Below, one piece after another: positions 38,165 to 50,274 of a stretch of DNA of 64,000 nt (position 1 is the first letter of the stretch; each line of letters starts with the position of its first letter). Source of the stretch: Macrostomum lignano (taxonomy: Eukaryota); contig NIVC01001832.1 in NCBI GenBank assembly GCA_002269645.1, positions 168,591 through 232,590 on the forward strand. The letters run 5' to 3'. Made by a program: the position numbers and the translations under genes. The notes below the pieces were generated by a model. It made no database searches, had not been told where the DNA came from, and saw nothing but the letters and a program-made list of their open reading frames with translations.

Positions 38165-39050
38165 TGCACCCGGAGTGAACACCCAACCCAATACCCTCCA
38201 GCCGGAGTGAACATCCACCCAAACACCCTCCAGCCGGAGTGAACACCCACCCCAACACCCTCCAGCCGGAGTTAACACCAACCCCAACACCTTCCAGCCG
38301 GAGTTAACACCAACCCCAACACCTTCCAGCCGAAGTGAACACCCACCCCAACACCTTCCAGCCGGAGTTAACACCAACCCCAACACCTTCCAGCCGGAGT
38401 GAACACCCACCCCAACACTCTCCAGCCGAAGTGAACACCCACCCCGACACCCTCCAGCCGGAGTTAACACCAACCCCAACACCTTCCAGCCGGAGTGAAC
38501 ACCCACCCCAACACTCTCCAGCCGAAGTGAACACCCACCCCGACACCCTCCAGCCGGAGTTAACACCAACCCCAACACCTTCCAGCCGGAGTGAACACCC
38601 ACCCCAACACTCTCCAGCCGGAGTTAACACCAACCCCAACACCTTCCAGCCGGAGTGAACACCCACCCCAACACTCTCCAGCCGAAGTGAACACCCACCC
38701 CGACACCCTCCAGCCGGAGTTAACACCAACCCCAACACCTTCCAGCCGGAGTGAACACCCACCCCAACACCCTCCAGCCGGAGAGAACACCCACCCCAAC
38801 ACCCTCCAGCCGGAGAGAACACCCACCCCAACACCCTCCAGCCGGAGAGAACACCCACCCAACACCCTCCAGCCGGAGTGAACACCCACCCCAACACCCT
38901 AGACCGGAGTGAAAACCCACCCCAACACCCTCCAGCCGGAGAGAACACCCACCCAACACCCTCCAGCCGGAGTGAACACCCACCCCAACACCCTAGACCG
39001 GAGTGAAAACCCGCCCCAACACCCTAGACCGGAGTGAACACCCACTTAAA
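38165..39050. repeat. About 32-bp minisatellite (CCAGCCGGAGTGAACACCCACCCCAACACCCT)
   Basis: Direct tandem copies. Confidence 0.9.
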
Positions 39051-39114
39051 ACACCCTGTGCTCAGATTGAACACCCCTATATTACAGTGAGCAAACCCCT
39101 GAAGCAACGCTCAC

Positions 39115-40080
39115 GTGATCCATGCACTCGTAGAAATCGAACTCAAATGGAAACCGAACCAACAGCGTATCCATCGCCGTAGTGTATACTTTGTTATCTG
39201 GCACGTTGAGTCCCACTCTGGGTTGTCGATGAGTCGACGCAGACACGGTGAGGGCGACAGCCTGGAAGATGCGCCGGCTATCAAAGTAAAGCGACGCGGT
39301 TTCGCACCTGGCAACGCCGGACTCGAGCTGCAGGCTGGACAAGCACAAATTAAGCCCGTGAGAACTGCTCAATTGCAGAGTTAAGCTAACTTGCTGCTGC
39401 AAATTAACAATGGGCAGAGCTCTAGCAGGCCCCGAGCTCGGCTTAGACGCGTCATCATTTCTCCCAGCCTCACTAATTTCAGCCGGATGAATCAGTTTAA
39501 GAATGGGCGCCAGGCAGTGCTCGTGAATGTCTTTCAAGCACAGGTGAACTCCGGGACTCCAGAAAGCCTCAATGGGATCAGAGCAGATTAGTTTAAGCCG
39601 GCCGTGCGGCCCAGTCTTGGCGTGCAGCATGTGCAGCGACAGAGCCACCGAGCGAGGCGTCTTAGCCAACCAGCTGGAATAATGGAGCACCTTCAGCAGC
39701 TTCAGATCCATGGACAAAGTCGCTCCGCCAAAGCCAGTCTGCTGATGGTGCTGATGCTGATGCGAGCGCAACTCGAGATCGAGCTGGCGTAACCAAACCC
39801 GGATGTGATCTCCGCAGGTGCTCACGGCTGACAGGATGCCCTCTTGTAGTGAGGCATGGAGCAGTATTGCGGGCCTTCGGAATGCCAGCAGAGGAGGCTG
39901 GGGCTGCCGATTGGGCTGCTGCTGCTGTTGCTGCTCGGACTGTTGCTGGGCAAAGCTGGCAGCCCATGCGTGCACAAGCTGAGTAAGAGTCTGCACCAGC
40001 TCTCTAGTGACCTTGAGCTGACAGCGGGAGACAGTCAGCTTTGTCTGCAGAGCATCGCTTTGTCCAGATAGCTTTGGGCA
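39115..40080 (-). CDS. BLTP2: BLTP2 exon 11
   Basis: tttcag|CPKLSG...IEAFWSPGVHL...FPFEFDFYECMDH|gtgagc. Confidence 0.85.
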
Positions 40081-40199
40081 CTGAAATTTATTGATAATAT
40101 ATGGTTTTAGAAGTGATACTAACCGTATAATAATCCTCTCCGAGTTATTCAATGATAAAAGCTGTCTAGTATTCTCTCCCATGTACAATTTCCACCCCA

Positions 40200-41010
40200 T
40201 ATTATACTCAAATGCACACTTTCCACCTCCTATACGCTCCAATGTACACTTTCCACCTCCTATACCCTCCTACGTACACTTTCCACCTCTTATACACTCC
40301 AATGTACACTTTCCACCTCCTATACGCTCCAATGTACACTTTCCACCTCTTATACACTCCAATGTACACTTTCCACCTCCTATACGCTCCAATGTACACT
40401 TTCCACCTCCTATACCATCCTACGTACACTTTCCACCTCTTATACACTCCAATGTACACTTTCCACCTCCTATACGCTCCAATGTACACTTTCCACCTCC
40501 TATACGCTCCAATGTACACTTTCCACCTCCTATACGCTCCAATGTACACTTTCCACCTCCTATACGCTCCAATGTACACTTTCCACCTCCTATACCCTCC
40601 TACGTACACTTTCCACCTCTTATACACTCCAATGTACACTTTCCACCTCCTATACGCTCCAATGTACACTTTCCACCTCCTATACGCTCCAATGTACACT
40701 TTCCACCTCCTATACGCTCCAATGTACACTTTCCACCTCCTATACGCTCCTACACTCCAATGAACACTTTCCACATCCTATACGCTTACGCTCCAATGCA
40801 CACTTTCCACCTCTTATACACTCCAATCTACACTTTCCACCTCCTATACACTCCAATGTACACTTTCCATCAATATACGCTCCAATGTACACTTTCCATA
40901 TAATATACACTCCAATGTACACTTTCCATATAATATACACTCCAATGTACACTTTCCATATAATATACGTTCCAATGTACACTTTCCAGATCCTAGAGAC
41001 TCCACTGTAC
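40200..41010. repeat. 30-bp minisatellite (CTCCAATGTACACTTTCCACCTCCTATACG)
   Basis: Direct tandem copies. Confidence 0.9.
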
Positions 41011-41035
41011 ACCCAGCACTCATCCAGCCACTCAC

Positions 41036-41698
41036 GGTGATGTGACAGCTGTCAATCTCCAGCGCATTGGCCAGGCTGCTGTCCAGCACTCGCATGTGAG
41101 CGGGATTCTGATTAGACAGTTGAACGCACAGCGGGCCTTGAAGATCGCAGCTGGCGCACTGAATCTGGCAGGCAACTGGCGGCCTGTAGCCGCCGTGAGT
41201 GTCCAGCACCAGGTCCAGCTTAGTTGGGCCGTAGGTGACTCGCAGGCCGGGCTGCAGCTCGGTGACGCCGAACTCCAGACACAGCGACTGGCCGGGCTCG
41301 GCGCGCACGTCCAGAATCATCTCGATCCGCTTGCTGCCAAGCAGGCGGCCCAGACGAGCGCGGAGTCGCTGACGCCGACGACGCGGCAAAGATGTCACCG
41401 CGGCAGCCGGGGCCGGCGACGGTGTCGGCGAGGGCGACGGCGAGTTGTCAGCGCCGCGAAGGCTACGAGGCAGCACGCTGCGCAGATAGTGGGCCCAGAA
41501 TCTGGCCTCTTCTACTTGGTAGGCGAAGAACGGCGTGAGCAGTGCCAACTTGAAGTCTATCACCTTCGGGTACAACTGGAGGTGCGGCAGCGTGTGGCGA
41601 GCAATCAGTCTTTGTTTTGATATTATTTGAGCAACTTTATCATCGTTGGGGTCATTGATTAGGCAGTATTGGACTGTGAGTTCACGGGTAAGTGCATT
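41036..41698 (-). CDS. BLTP2: BLTP2 exon 10 (acceptor position uncertain by up to about 100 nt)
   Basis: FFAYQVEEARFWAHYLRS...LEIDSCHIT|gtgagt; only a weak gag acceptor fits phase 0 at 41698. Confidence 0.7.
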
Positions 41699-41719
41699 CT
41701 CAGGTAAGTAAGTAGTCTC

Positions 41720-42520
41720 AGGTCGTTGAGTAGAGTAGAAGTGAGTGTACACTGAGGTGAGTAGAGTAGAGGTGAGTGTACACCGAGGTGAGTAGAGTAG
41801 AGGTGAGTGTGCACCGAGGTAAGTAGAGTAGGGGTGAGTGTGCACCGAGGTGAGTAGAGTAAGGGTGAGTGTGCACCGAGGTGAGTAGAGTAGAGGTGAG
41901 TGCACACCGAGGTGGGTAGAGTAGAGGTGAGTGCACACCGAGGTGAGTAGAGTAAGGGTGAGTGTGCACCGAGGTGAGTAGAGTAGAGGTGAGTGCACAC
42001 CGAGGTGGGTAGAGTAGAGGTGAGTGCACACCGAGGTGAATAGAGTAAGGGTGAGTGTGCACCGAGGTGAGTAGAGTAGAGGTGAGTGCACACCGAGGTG
42101 AGTAGAGTAGAGGTGAGTGCACACCGAGGTGAGTAGAGTAGAGGTGAGTGCACACCGAGGTGGATAGAGTAGAGGTGAGTGCACACCGAGGTGGGTAGAG
42201 TAGAGGGAGGTGAGTGCACACCGAGGTGGGTAGAGTAGAGGTGAGTGCACACCGAGGTGGGTAGAGTAGAGGTGAGTGCACACCGAGGTGGGTAGAGTAG
42301 AGGTGAGTGCACACCGAGGTGGGTAGAGTAGAGGTGAGTGTACACCGAGGTGGGTAGAGTAGAGGGAGGTGAGTGCACACCGAGGTGGGTAGAGTAGAGG
42401 TGAGTGTACACCGAGGTGGGTAGAGTAGAGGTGAGTGCACACCGAGGTGGGTAGAGTAGAGGGAGGTGAGTGCACACCGAGGTGGGTAGAGTAGAGGTGA
42501 GTGCACACCGAGGTGAGTAC
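41720..42520. repeat. About 31-35-bp minisatellite (GAGGTGAGTAGAGTAGAGGTGAGTGCACACC)
   Basis: Direct tandem copies. Confidence 0.9.
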
Positions 42521-42596
42521 TGCAAAGAACGCGCACTCAAGTAAGCAGTCCATGGGCACATGTAACTGTGCACACAGTTAGTTTATGCCGACTCAC

Positions 42597-42887
42597 ATCG
42601 CCAAAGAATTCAAACTTTTTCACTTTAGCAAACGGAATGTCATCGTTGAGCACAACGGCAAAGTCGCACAGTGCCAACCGCATGCTGGCTTGACCAGCGA
42701 ATTCGTCAGCAGCAGCAGCAGCCGCCGCGGCCACTGAAGCGGATGCGATCGAGTTGCGCCCGCCGCCTCCGCCGTCTCTCTCCTCGGCGGCGGTGTCGTT
42801 CTGCAGCTTGGCGCTGAGCGCCGACCATTCAAGGACGAGGCTGCGGCGGCACATCTCGCGCTCCAGCTCGCAGTGCAGGGCGTCGAT
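42597..42887 (-). CDS. BLTP2: BLTP2 exon 9
   Basis: atcaag|IDALHCELERE...LALCDFAVVLND...FFGD|gtgagt. Confidence 0.75.
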
Positions 42888-43019
42888 CTTGATTTTATTG
42901 AATTTGTAATTGGCATTCAAACCCTCCATTGAAAGCATCATGCATGGTTTTCGCAGACTTCCCCAAATGAAGATACTAAACCATCTCTTACCAACTAGTT
43001 CACTCCCAAGCCCACTACC

Positions 43020-43845
43020 CAAGACTAAGCTCGCTACTCAAAATTAAGCTCTCTACTCACTCCACTAAGCTCGCTTACTCACAACACTAAGCTCGCTACT
43101 CATTACACCAAGCTCACTTACTCACAACACTAAGCTCGCTACTCGCTACACTAAGCTCGCTACTCACTACACTAAGCTCACTATTCACTACACTAAGCTC
43201 ACTACTCACTACACTAAGCTCACTACTCACTACACTAAGCTCACTACTCACTACATTAAGCTCGCTACTCACAACACTAAGCTCGCTACTCATTACAATA
43301 AGCTCACTACTCACTACACCAACTCACTACTCACTACACTAAGCTCGCTACTCACAACACTAAGCTCGCTACTCACTACACTAAGCTCGCTACTCATTAC
43401 ACTAAGCTCACTACTCACTACACTAAGCTCGCTACTCACAACACTAAGCTCGCTACTCACTACACTAAGCTCGCTACTCATTACAATAAGCTCACTACTC
43501 ACTACACCAACTCACTACACTAAGCTCGCTACTCACAACACTAAGCTCGCTACTCATTACAATAAGCTCACTACTCACTACACCAACTCACTACTCACTA
43601 CACTAAGCTCGCTACTCACAACACTAAGCTCGCTACTCACTACACTAAGCTCGCTACTCATTACAATAAGCTCACTACTCACTACACCAATTCACTACTC
43701 ACTACACTAAGCTCGCTACTCACTACACTAAGCTCGCTACTCATTACAATAAGCTCACTACTCACTACACCAACTCACTACTCACTACACTAAGCTCGCT
43801 ACTGATTACAATAAGCTCACTACTCACTACACAAACTCACTACGC
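43020..43845. repeat. 21-bp minisatellite (CTAAGCTCGCTACTCACTACA)
   Basis: Direct tandem copies. Confidence 0.9.
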
Positions 43846-43860
43846 CAAGCCACAACGAAC

Positions 43861-44087
43861 CTGAAGCTCTGCTCTTCGCGGCAGCCAGAACAGCGGGCTG
43901 CCTTCCTCGTCAATCGCAGCGGACGCCGGTGGCCTCGAGCCGCCGCCAGCAACGACGGGAATCGCTGAAGTGTCAGCGGCTTCCCCTTCGTGCAGACCTG
44001 CGCGATTGAATCCGTAGGTGTACAGACTGCGCATCAGCCTGAGCGACTCTTGGGTCTTGGCGTAGTCTTTCAGGTAGGCGAAGAATT
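43861..44087 (-). CDS. BLTP2: BLTP2 exon 8
   Basis: tttcag|AA TTC TTC; EFFAYLKDY...FWLPRRAELQ|gttcgt. Confidence 0.75.
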
Positions 44088-44134
44088 CTGAAATAACAAT
44101 AGGAAATCGTGAAGGAAATTATTGCCGACAACTG

Positions 44135-44845
44135 ATAATGTCACTCAGTGGACCACTGTCACAAACCAGCTGGTCACTCAGTGGACCACTGTCACAAACC
44201 AGCTGGTCACTCAGTGGACTACTGTCACAAACCAGCTGGCCACTCAGTGGACCACTGTCACAAACCAGCTGGTCACTCAGTGGACCACTGTCACAAACCA
44301 GCTGGTCACTCAGTGGACCACTGTCACAAACCCTGTTCACTCAGTGGACCACTGTCACAAACCAGCTGGCCACTCAGTGGACCACTGTCACAAACCAGCT
44401 GGTCACTCAGTGGACCACTGTCACAAACCAGCTGGTCACTCAGTGGACCACTGTCACAAACCAGCTGGTCACTCAGTGGACCACTGTCACAAACCCTGTT
44501 CACTCAGTGGACCACTGTCACAAACCAGCTGGTCACTCAGTGGACCGCTGTCACAAACCAGCTGGTCACTCAGTGGACCGCTGTCACAAACCAGCTGGTC
44601 ACTCAGTGGACCGCTGTCACAAACCAGCTGGTCACTCAGTGGACCACTGTCACAAACCAGCTGGTCACTCAGTGGACCACTGTCACAAACCAGCTGGTCA
44701 CTCAGTGGACCGCTGTCACAAACCAGCTGGTCACTCAGTGGACCGCAGCCACCAACCAGCTGGTCACTCAGTGGACCGCAGCCACCAAACCAACCAGCTG
44801 GTTACTCAGTGGACCGCAGCCACCAAACCAACCAGCTGGTTACTC
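44135..44845. repeat. 33-bp minisatellite (ACTCAGTGGACCACTGTCACAAACCAGCTGGTC)
   Basis: Direct tandem copies. Confidence 0.9.
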
Positions 44846-44937
44846 TGTTGACGCTGCCGCCACCCAAAATAGATGTACGCTACCATCAAACAACTAGTCA
44901 TAGATAAACTAAAGTTAATAGAAAATAATGAAATTAC

Positions 44938-45070
44938 CCTGCGTGACGAAAAACCTCGGCTCGGCCACGCGGCACTGGACGCTGACTGGCGACCCGTCGC
45001 TGGTGCGCTGGTTCAGCTGCAGCCGGGCAGCCCCGATTCGGCTGTTCATCAGCAGCAGGCGGACCATGTC
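44938..45070 (-). CDS. BLTP2: BLTP2 exon 7
   Basis: ccgcag|DMVRLLLMNSRIG...EPRFFVTQ-G|gtaatt; acceptor chosen by phase. Confidence 0.65.
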
Positions 45071-45124
45071 CTGCGGGCCCGAGTTCCACTCCACTTGCGA
45101 AATGCATATCCTTGAAGCTCCACG

Positions 45125-45615
45125 CCACTTGCTCCCAACCACATGTTTGATCCCACACCGATCGCCATCAAAAACATGTTTGATCCCACACCGATCGCCA
45201 TCAACATGTTTGATCCCACACCCCTTGCTCCCAACCACATGTTTGATCTCACACCCCTTGCTCCCAACCACATGTTTGATCCCACACCCCTTGCTCCCAA
45301 TCACATGTTTGATCCCACACCGATTGCTCCAAACCACATGTTTGATCCCACACCCCTTGCTCCCAACCACATGGTTGATCCCACACCCCTTGCTCCAAAC
45401 CAACCACATAGTTGATCCCACACCCCTTGCTCCCAACCACATGGTTGATCCCACACCCCTTGCTCCCAACCACATGTTTGATCCCACACCCTTGCTCCCA
45501 ACCACATGTTTGATCCCACACCCCTTGCTCCCAACCACATGTTTGATCCCACACCCCTTGCTCCCAACCACATGTTTGATCCCACACCCCTTGCTCCCAA
45601 CCACATGTTTGAACC
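45125..45615. repeat. 33-bp minisatellite (CCAACCACATGTTTGATCCCACACCCCTTGCTC)
   Basis: Direct tandem copies. Confidence 0.9.
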
Positions 45616-45638
45616 CTACAAACGCTAACAAAACTTAC

Positions 45639-45729
45639 TTCGTTGGATTGCCCAGCCTGGTTGCTGACCAGCAGCTTGTTGGTGATAAATTTTACAGACA
45701 TGTCGCTGCCCTGGAGCTGACAGTTGCAG
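45639..45729 (-). CDS. BLTP2: BLTP2 exon 6
   Basis: acgcag|C TGC AAC; CNCQLQGSDMSVKFITNKLL...SNE|gtaagt. Confidence 0.72.
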
Positions 45730-45833
45730 CTGCGTAGGCATCGGGGTGAGGGTGGTTGGTAAGGTAAACTATGCAAAGATAAGTAAGGCTTAGTATAAAT
45801 TATAGCCAAAAATATTAACAAAGGGTGGCTAAC

Positions 45834-45952
45834 CATTCCGAATCGATGGAGGCGATGAACAGTTCCAGCCGATCAAAGTAGAAATGCAGGCTGGACAAGC
45901 GGGGGAAACTGCCAACTTTGATGTGCAAATTCTTCACAGTGATGCCCAGGAA
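45834..45952 (-). CDS. BLTP2: BLTP2 exon 5
   Basis: gcgcag|FLGITVKNLHIKVGSFPRLSSLHFYFDRLELFIASIDSE|gttagc. Confidence 0.75.
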
Positions 45953-46029
45953 CTGCGCGTGAAAAAGCCATGTACTTATAAGTTAATCAACATAATTTTT
46001 AACTCTTATGCACTGGGAAAAAGTTCATC

Positions 46030-46390
46030 CCCTGAAACACTGATCTCATCTACATGTAATCTCATCTCCTGAAACACTGATCTCATCTAATCTCATACCA
46101 TGAAACACTTTATTATCTCATCTAATCTCATCCCATGAAACACTGGTCTCATCTAATCTCATCCTGAAACACTGGTCTCATCTAATCTCATCCTCTGAAA
46201 CACTGATCTCATCTAGTCTCTTCCCTTAAAACACTGATCTTATCTAATCTCATCCCCTGAAACACTGATCTCAGCTCATCTTATCCCCTAAAACACTGAT
46301 CTTATCTAATCTCATCCTGAAACACTGGTCTCATCTAATCTCATACCATGAAACACTGGTCTCATCTAATCTCATCCTGAAACCTTGATC
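46030..46390. repeat. About 30-bp minisatellite (TGAAACACTGATCTCATCTAATCTCATCC)
   Basis: Direct tandem copies. Confidence 0.85.
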
Positions 46391-46426
46391 TTCTTACTAC
46401 TAAAAACAACACAATTCGCCACTCAC

Positions 46427-46631
46427 CTGGAGCAGAGTGCGCAGGTGTTTGCTGTTGCTCTCACGCTGACCAGTGTAGCCAGCGGAGCTCTCAGAGCAGC
46501 TGGGCTTCACATCATCAAAGGGGAATTGCCTGGGCAGCGAGTAGCTCCCGTCGCGCAAGAATGACCAATTGTGCACCGAGTGCAGCGAACTCTCCGCCTC
46601 AACGTCTTGCACTATCGCTGTGAGAATCCAG
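46427..46631 (-). CDS. BLTP2: BLTP2 exon 4
   Basis: taccag|C TGG; WILTAIVQDVEAES...HLRTLLQ|gtgagt. Confidence 0.72.
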
Positions 46632-46731
46632 CTGGTAAGAATTTGGACATAAAAAAACTACTCATAGTAGTGCTGGCACGAGCTAATAACAGTATCGAAC
46701 ATAATAAAAGGAAGAAATATTCACAACTTAC

Positions 46732-46781
46732 GGTGCTTCTTTGTTCCACAAACTGCTGGTAATCTGAACTGACTTGATCTC
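46732..46781 (-). CDS. BLTP2: BLTP2 exon 3
   Basis: ttgtag|EIKSVQITSSLWNKEA-CC|gtaagt. Confidence 0.72.
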
Positions 46782-46868
46782 CTACAAGATAAATTAAATT
46801 GTTTTAACATTAAATAATTTTTTTACACTTGTTTTGTAAAAAGTATCAAACTGTATTATTCTACTTAC

Positions 46869-46992
46869 AACAGTAGTGTTGTTAGGAAAATGAAGCCAAA
46901 TATTAAAACCTTTAAATAAGCCAACATAGTTCACTTTTAAATCAATATGGAGCCGATTATACAACTTGGAGGCCAAGTAGAAGACAAATAGT
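46869..46992 (-). CDS. BLTP2: BLTP2 exon 2
   Basis: ttttag|A; RLFVFYLASKLYNRLHIDLKVNYVGLF...PNNTTV|gtaagt. Confidence 0.75.
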
Positions 46993-47745
46993 CTAAAATT
47001 TAAAAGGAAAATATATATTTATATATTTTTATTTTTATTTGCACTCATACTTACAAAAATTTCATAATATTTTAAAACATAATATAGTTTCTCTAGTACT
47101 TAGTTATTATGAATAATATCAAATGTTCTATAATACTTAGGATTCAGAAAAAAAATTTTGTTTCTAAATGCATTTAACAATCTAAACCTAAATCAATCTA
47201 ACCAATTTAAACAATCTAACTAAAGAGTGGATGACAAAGTATCAAGGAATCATTTTGGTCATACTTATCATAATAATTTCTAACTTGCAAAATAGAGTTA
47301 AATAAACAAAAAACAAATAAATGGAAAAGTATTTACAAAGCAATAAAGTAAAAAATAAGCCTATCCTTAGTATTCTTGATTTTTTAAATAACAATCTAAT
47401 CAATAAATACTACAGTATTATCAATTAAATTTGATCAACTAAATAAATAAAATAATAGTCCAAAAAAATAAATACGGAATGCTTTATTAACAATTAATTT
47501 TACTTTTAAATTGGCTATAATCATATTTTATTTTATATAATAACTATACTCTATAGCTCATTATAAACCCAGCAAAATCTAAATGAAATAGTTAGAAATC
47601 TTTTATTAAATAGAACTAAGTCACTACGTAAATAAATTAGTTAATAAATAAAATAAGATGATACAAACAATAAATATATATAATATAAGCTACATACATA
47701 GGCTGTATAGGTTTAAAAATTTAAACAATTAGGTGCGCAATTTAC

Positions 47746-47807
47746 CTTGGCAAACAGAGGATGAGACATGAAACAATGAAAACTATTAATAAAAGAACAA
47801 TGTACAT
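47746..47807 (-). CDS. BLTP2: BLTP2 exon 1 (N-terminal transmembrane anchor)
   Basis: ATG...MYIVLLLIVFIVSCLILCLP-AG|gtaaat; phase 2 matches exon 2; too short for the ORF track. Confidence 0.75.
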
Positions 47808-50274
47808 TCTGTCACTAGATCAAACAGGAAACCTTGTGAAACTATATTAATGAGTCATGTCATCAACATAGTCATATAAAAAGGATTTGTAATAAAACGG
47901 GCAAGCATTTGTATTTAGAAAAATACAACATATTGATCTTAAGAGATCGCACTTTCTTTTGCTTGTGCTTGTGCTACTACCGAAACGATAAGCAACAATC
48001 CGAAAAATACTTTAACTTGCAAATAAATAAATTGATAAAACGTTTGCTGCGCGATATAGTACGATCTAATAAGAAAGCTCACATCACCTACAAAATTCTT
48101 TAACCTTTGGGCTTTGATAGATTTTATAAGACAAAGTATATTAATAATGCTTAGTCTACTACCGGTATATCTTTAAAAAAGTGAATTCGTATCAAGAATT
48201 TGTTTCTTCGAAAATTAACCGTTTAAAATTTCGCGATGAAATCACGAAGACACGAAAACTGAGAGACAAATCATATGTTTTTCAGAAAACAAAACTTGGC
48301 TAGAACCTAGAATTGAAGAAGAAAATTATTTTGATTTAATTATATAACACTGTAATTTTAGTCTTATAGCTATATCGTTAAAACTTTTTATACTGCATTT
48401 TCTGGTAAACTACTAGGACAACTTTACATGCATAGGTACTTAGGTATAGGTGATAACTTTAATCACCAATAGTCTGCAGCTGCCAGAGTTTCTTGGTAAA
48501 GTGATCCATTATATATGGATTATGGATTATATATGGATCTATTTAGACGCCATTCTATAGACCTTCTATATACATTTTATTTAGATGTCGGCATGTGTAT
48601 AAAAAATTCTGCTCTTGTTCATCCGATCAGCTGATTTGAAACTGCAACTATTAGTTTAAAATATTTAATATTTCTTGCACATGAGTCAGTGGCTCAACGT
48701 ATTTTATGTCAGCTGTCATTCATTTCCCAGTCAAGAACAACTGAAGGTGCACGCGTAGGAAGCCAAGGACCACTGTATAAAATCACACTTAATATATTTT
48801 TACGGACTTATAATTATACAGTACACACTGTAGTTGGTCCTTGGTAGAAGCTGTGGTGGGACCTTTTCTTCATTACTTGCATTTTTGAGATGGCTAATCA
48901 AACTTTTTTGCTTTATACACAAATTACTTGTTACACGAATTCGATTGAAGGGCCACATCTATTTTCTCATCTTTATTTGATGTCGAAAATTCAGAAGATG
49001 AGGTTAAGTTCAATAATTTTGTATGACGTCCCCAAAGCTTTATTAATATTTTAAAATGGTCTTTTTCGTCTGCCTGTATCTCTATTTTCTCATTTCATTT
49101 TTAGAGTAGTCAAAAGTCTTAAATACAGCAGAACAGCTCATGTTTCTAACACTTTGTCGCCCATTCGAAACTATACTGCATGTACAATTTACCCGTTCCA
49201 TTTTGCAACTTAAAGGCCAGTTTTAAAAATGTTTAAAACAGCTAACAAACTTCTTTGACGTGATAGCTCGCATACAGTATATTTGGTTTGGAGAAGGCTT
49301 TGGGCACCATTGCAAATCAAAGGACATGCAGTCGACCAATATAGCTAGCGAGGAGACAAGTTTTTATGCTTAGGTTCCAATGAATGAAAGCACGCATGCA
49401 TGCACAAGGCAATAAATAGAAACGATAAAAGCACTTTATCTCTACTGCTAGTAATAGACGGATAATTTTCGGTAGTTTTCTTAGTTCCCATACAGCAATA
49501 ATGGATGGCAATCAATTTAGAATGTCTCCAGATAGGTCGAAAGAGAAAAGCAAAAATTGTGTGCTCAAGCAGCTCAACATCATGGTGGATACATGCTTTT
49601 ATCTCATAAGGGCTGTGTATATGAATGTTGATCAAACAAGAATATACTCGTAATGCACGCTAGATAACTGCCTAAATGCAATGCAAACTGTTCTCTCCTT
49701 TGTTCCATTAAATAGCTCATTCGCTATGCAAATAATAATGGATAGTTTGCATTGCAATTAGTATGCAAATATGCTCTTCAGAGCATAGGCATCAAAGCGT
49801 GCTTTGACGGGAAAGTAATGGCCCATACAAGCATTAATGTTGCAATTCTGGAAACAACATCATCTGGCAAGACTCTCATTGTCTACACTACGCTACTGGC
49901 TTACTTCCTAATCGACTGACTGAATCGCCTTCGCTTTTGAATCAAAGGATCTGTCAATTTAATCCAAGGACAGCCAACCTGTTTCTAATGGCGCACAATT
50001 ATAGCGACTATGAACAATGAAATTAGGACCCTATAATACCCTCAAATTTCGCAATTCAATTAAAAATCAGCATCACGTTACATTTGTTGAACGGTCTGCT
50101 CTCGGTTATGTTCTCGGTAATGTAATTCAGCAAGTTAAACGTGAGAGCCACCATGTCAAACATAAAAGAAACTTAATGTAAAAAAATAAGAGGCATCGTG
50201 TAAAACATAAAAGAGGCACCATATACAACTTAAAAGAAGCGTCAGGTCAAACATAATAGAAACAACATGGGAAA

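Larger units (their letters stand above)
20635..47807 (-). other. BLTP2: BLTP2/KIAA0100/hobbit/FMP27-family bridge-like lipid transfer protein gene span, about 20 exons, about 2540 aa
   Basis: N-terminal TM helix; motifs DDPFELNLSENY, DSFAQFR, YWVSF, DLKVRWT, SYKGEK, FTWQDLA resemble KIAA0100; exon phases are consistent. Confidence 0.9.
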
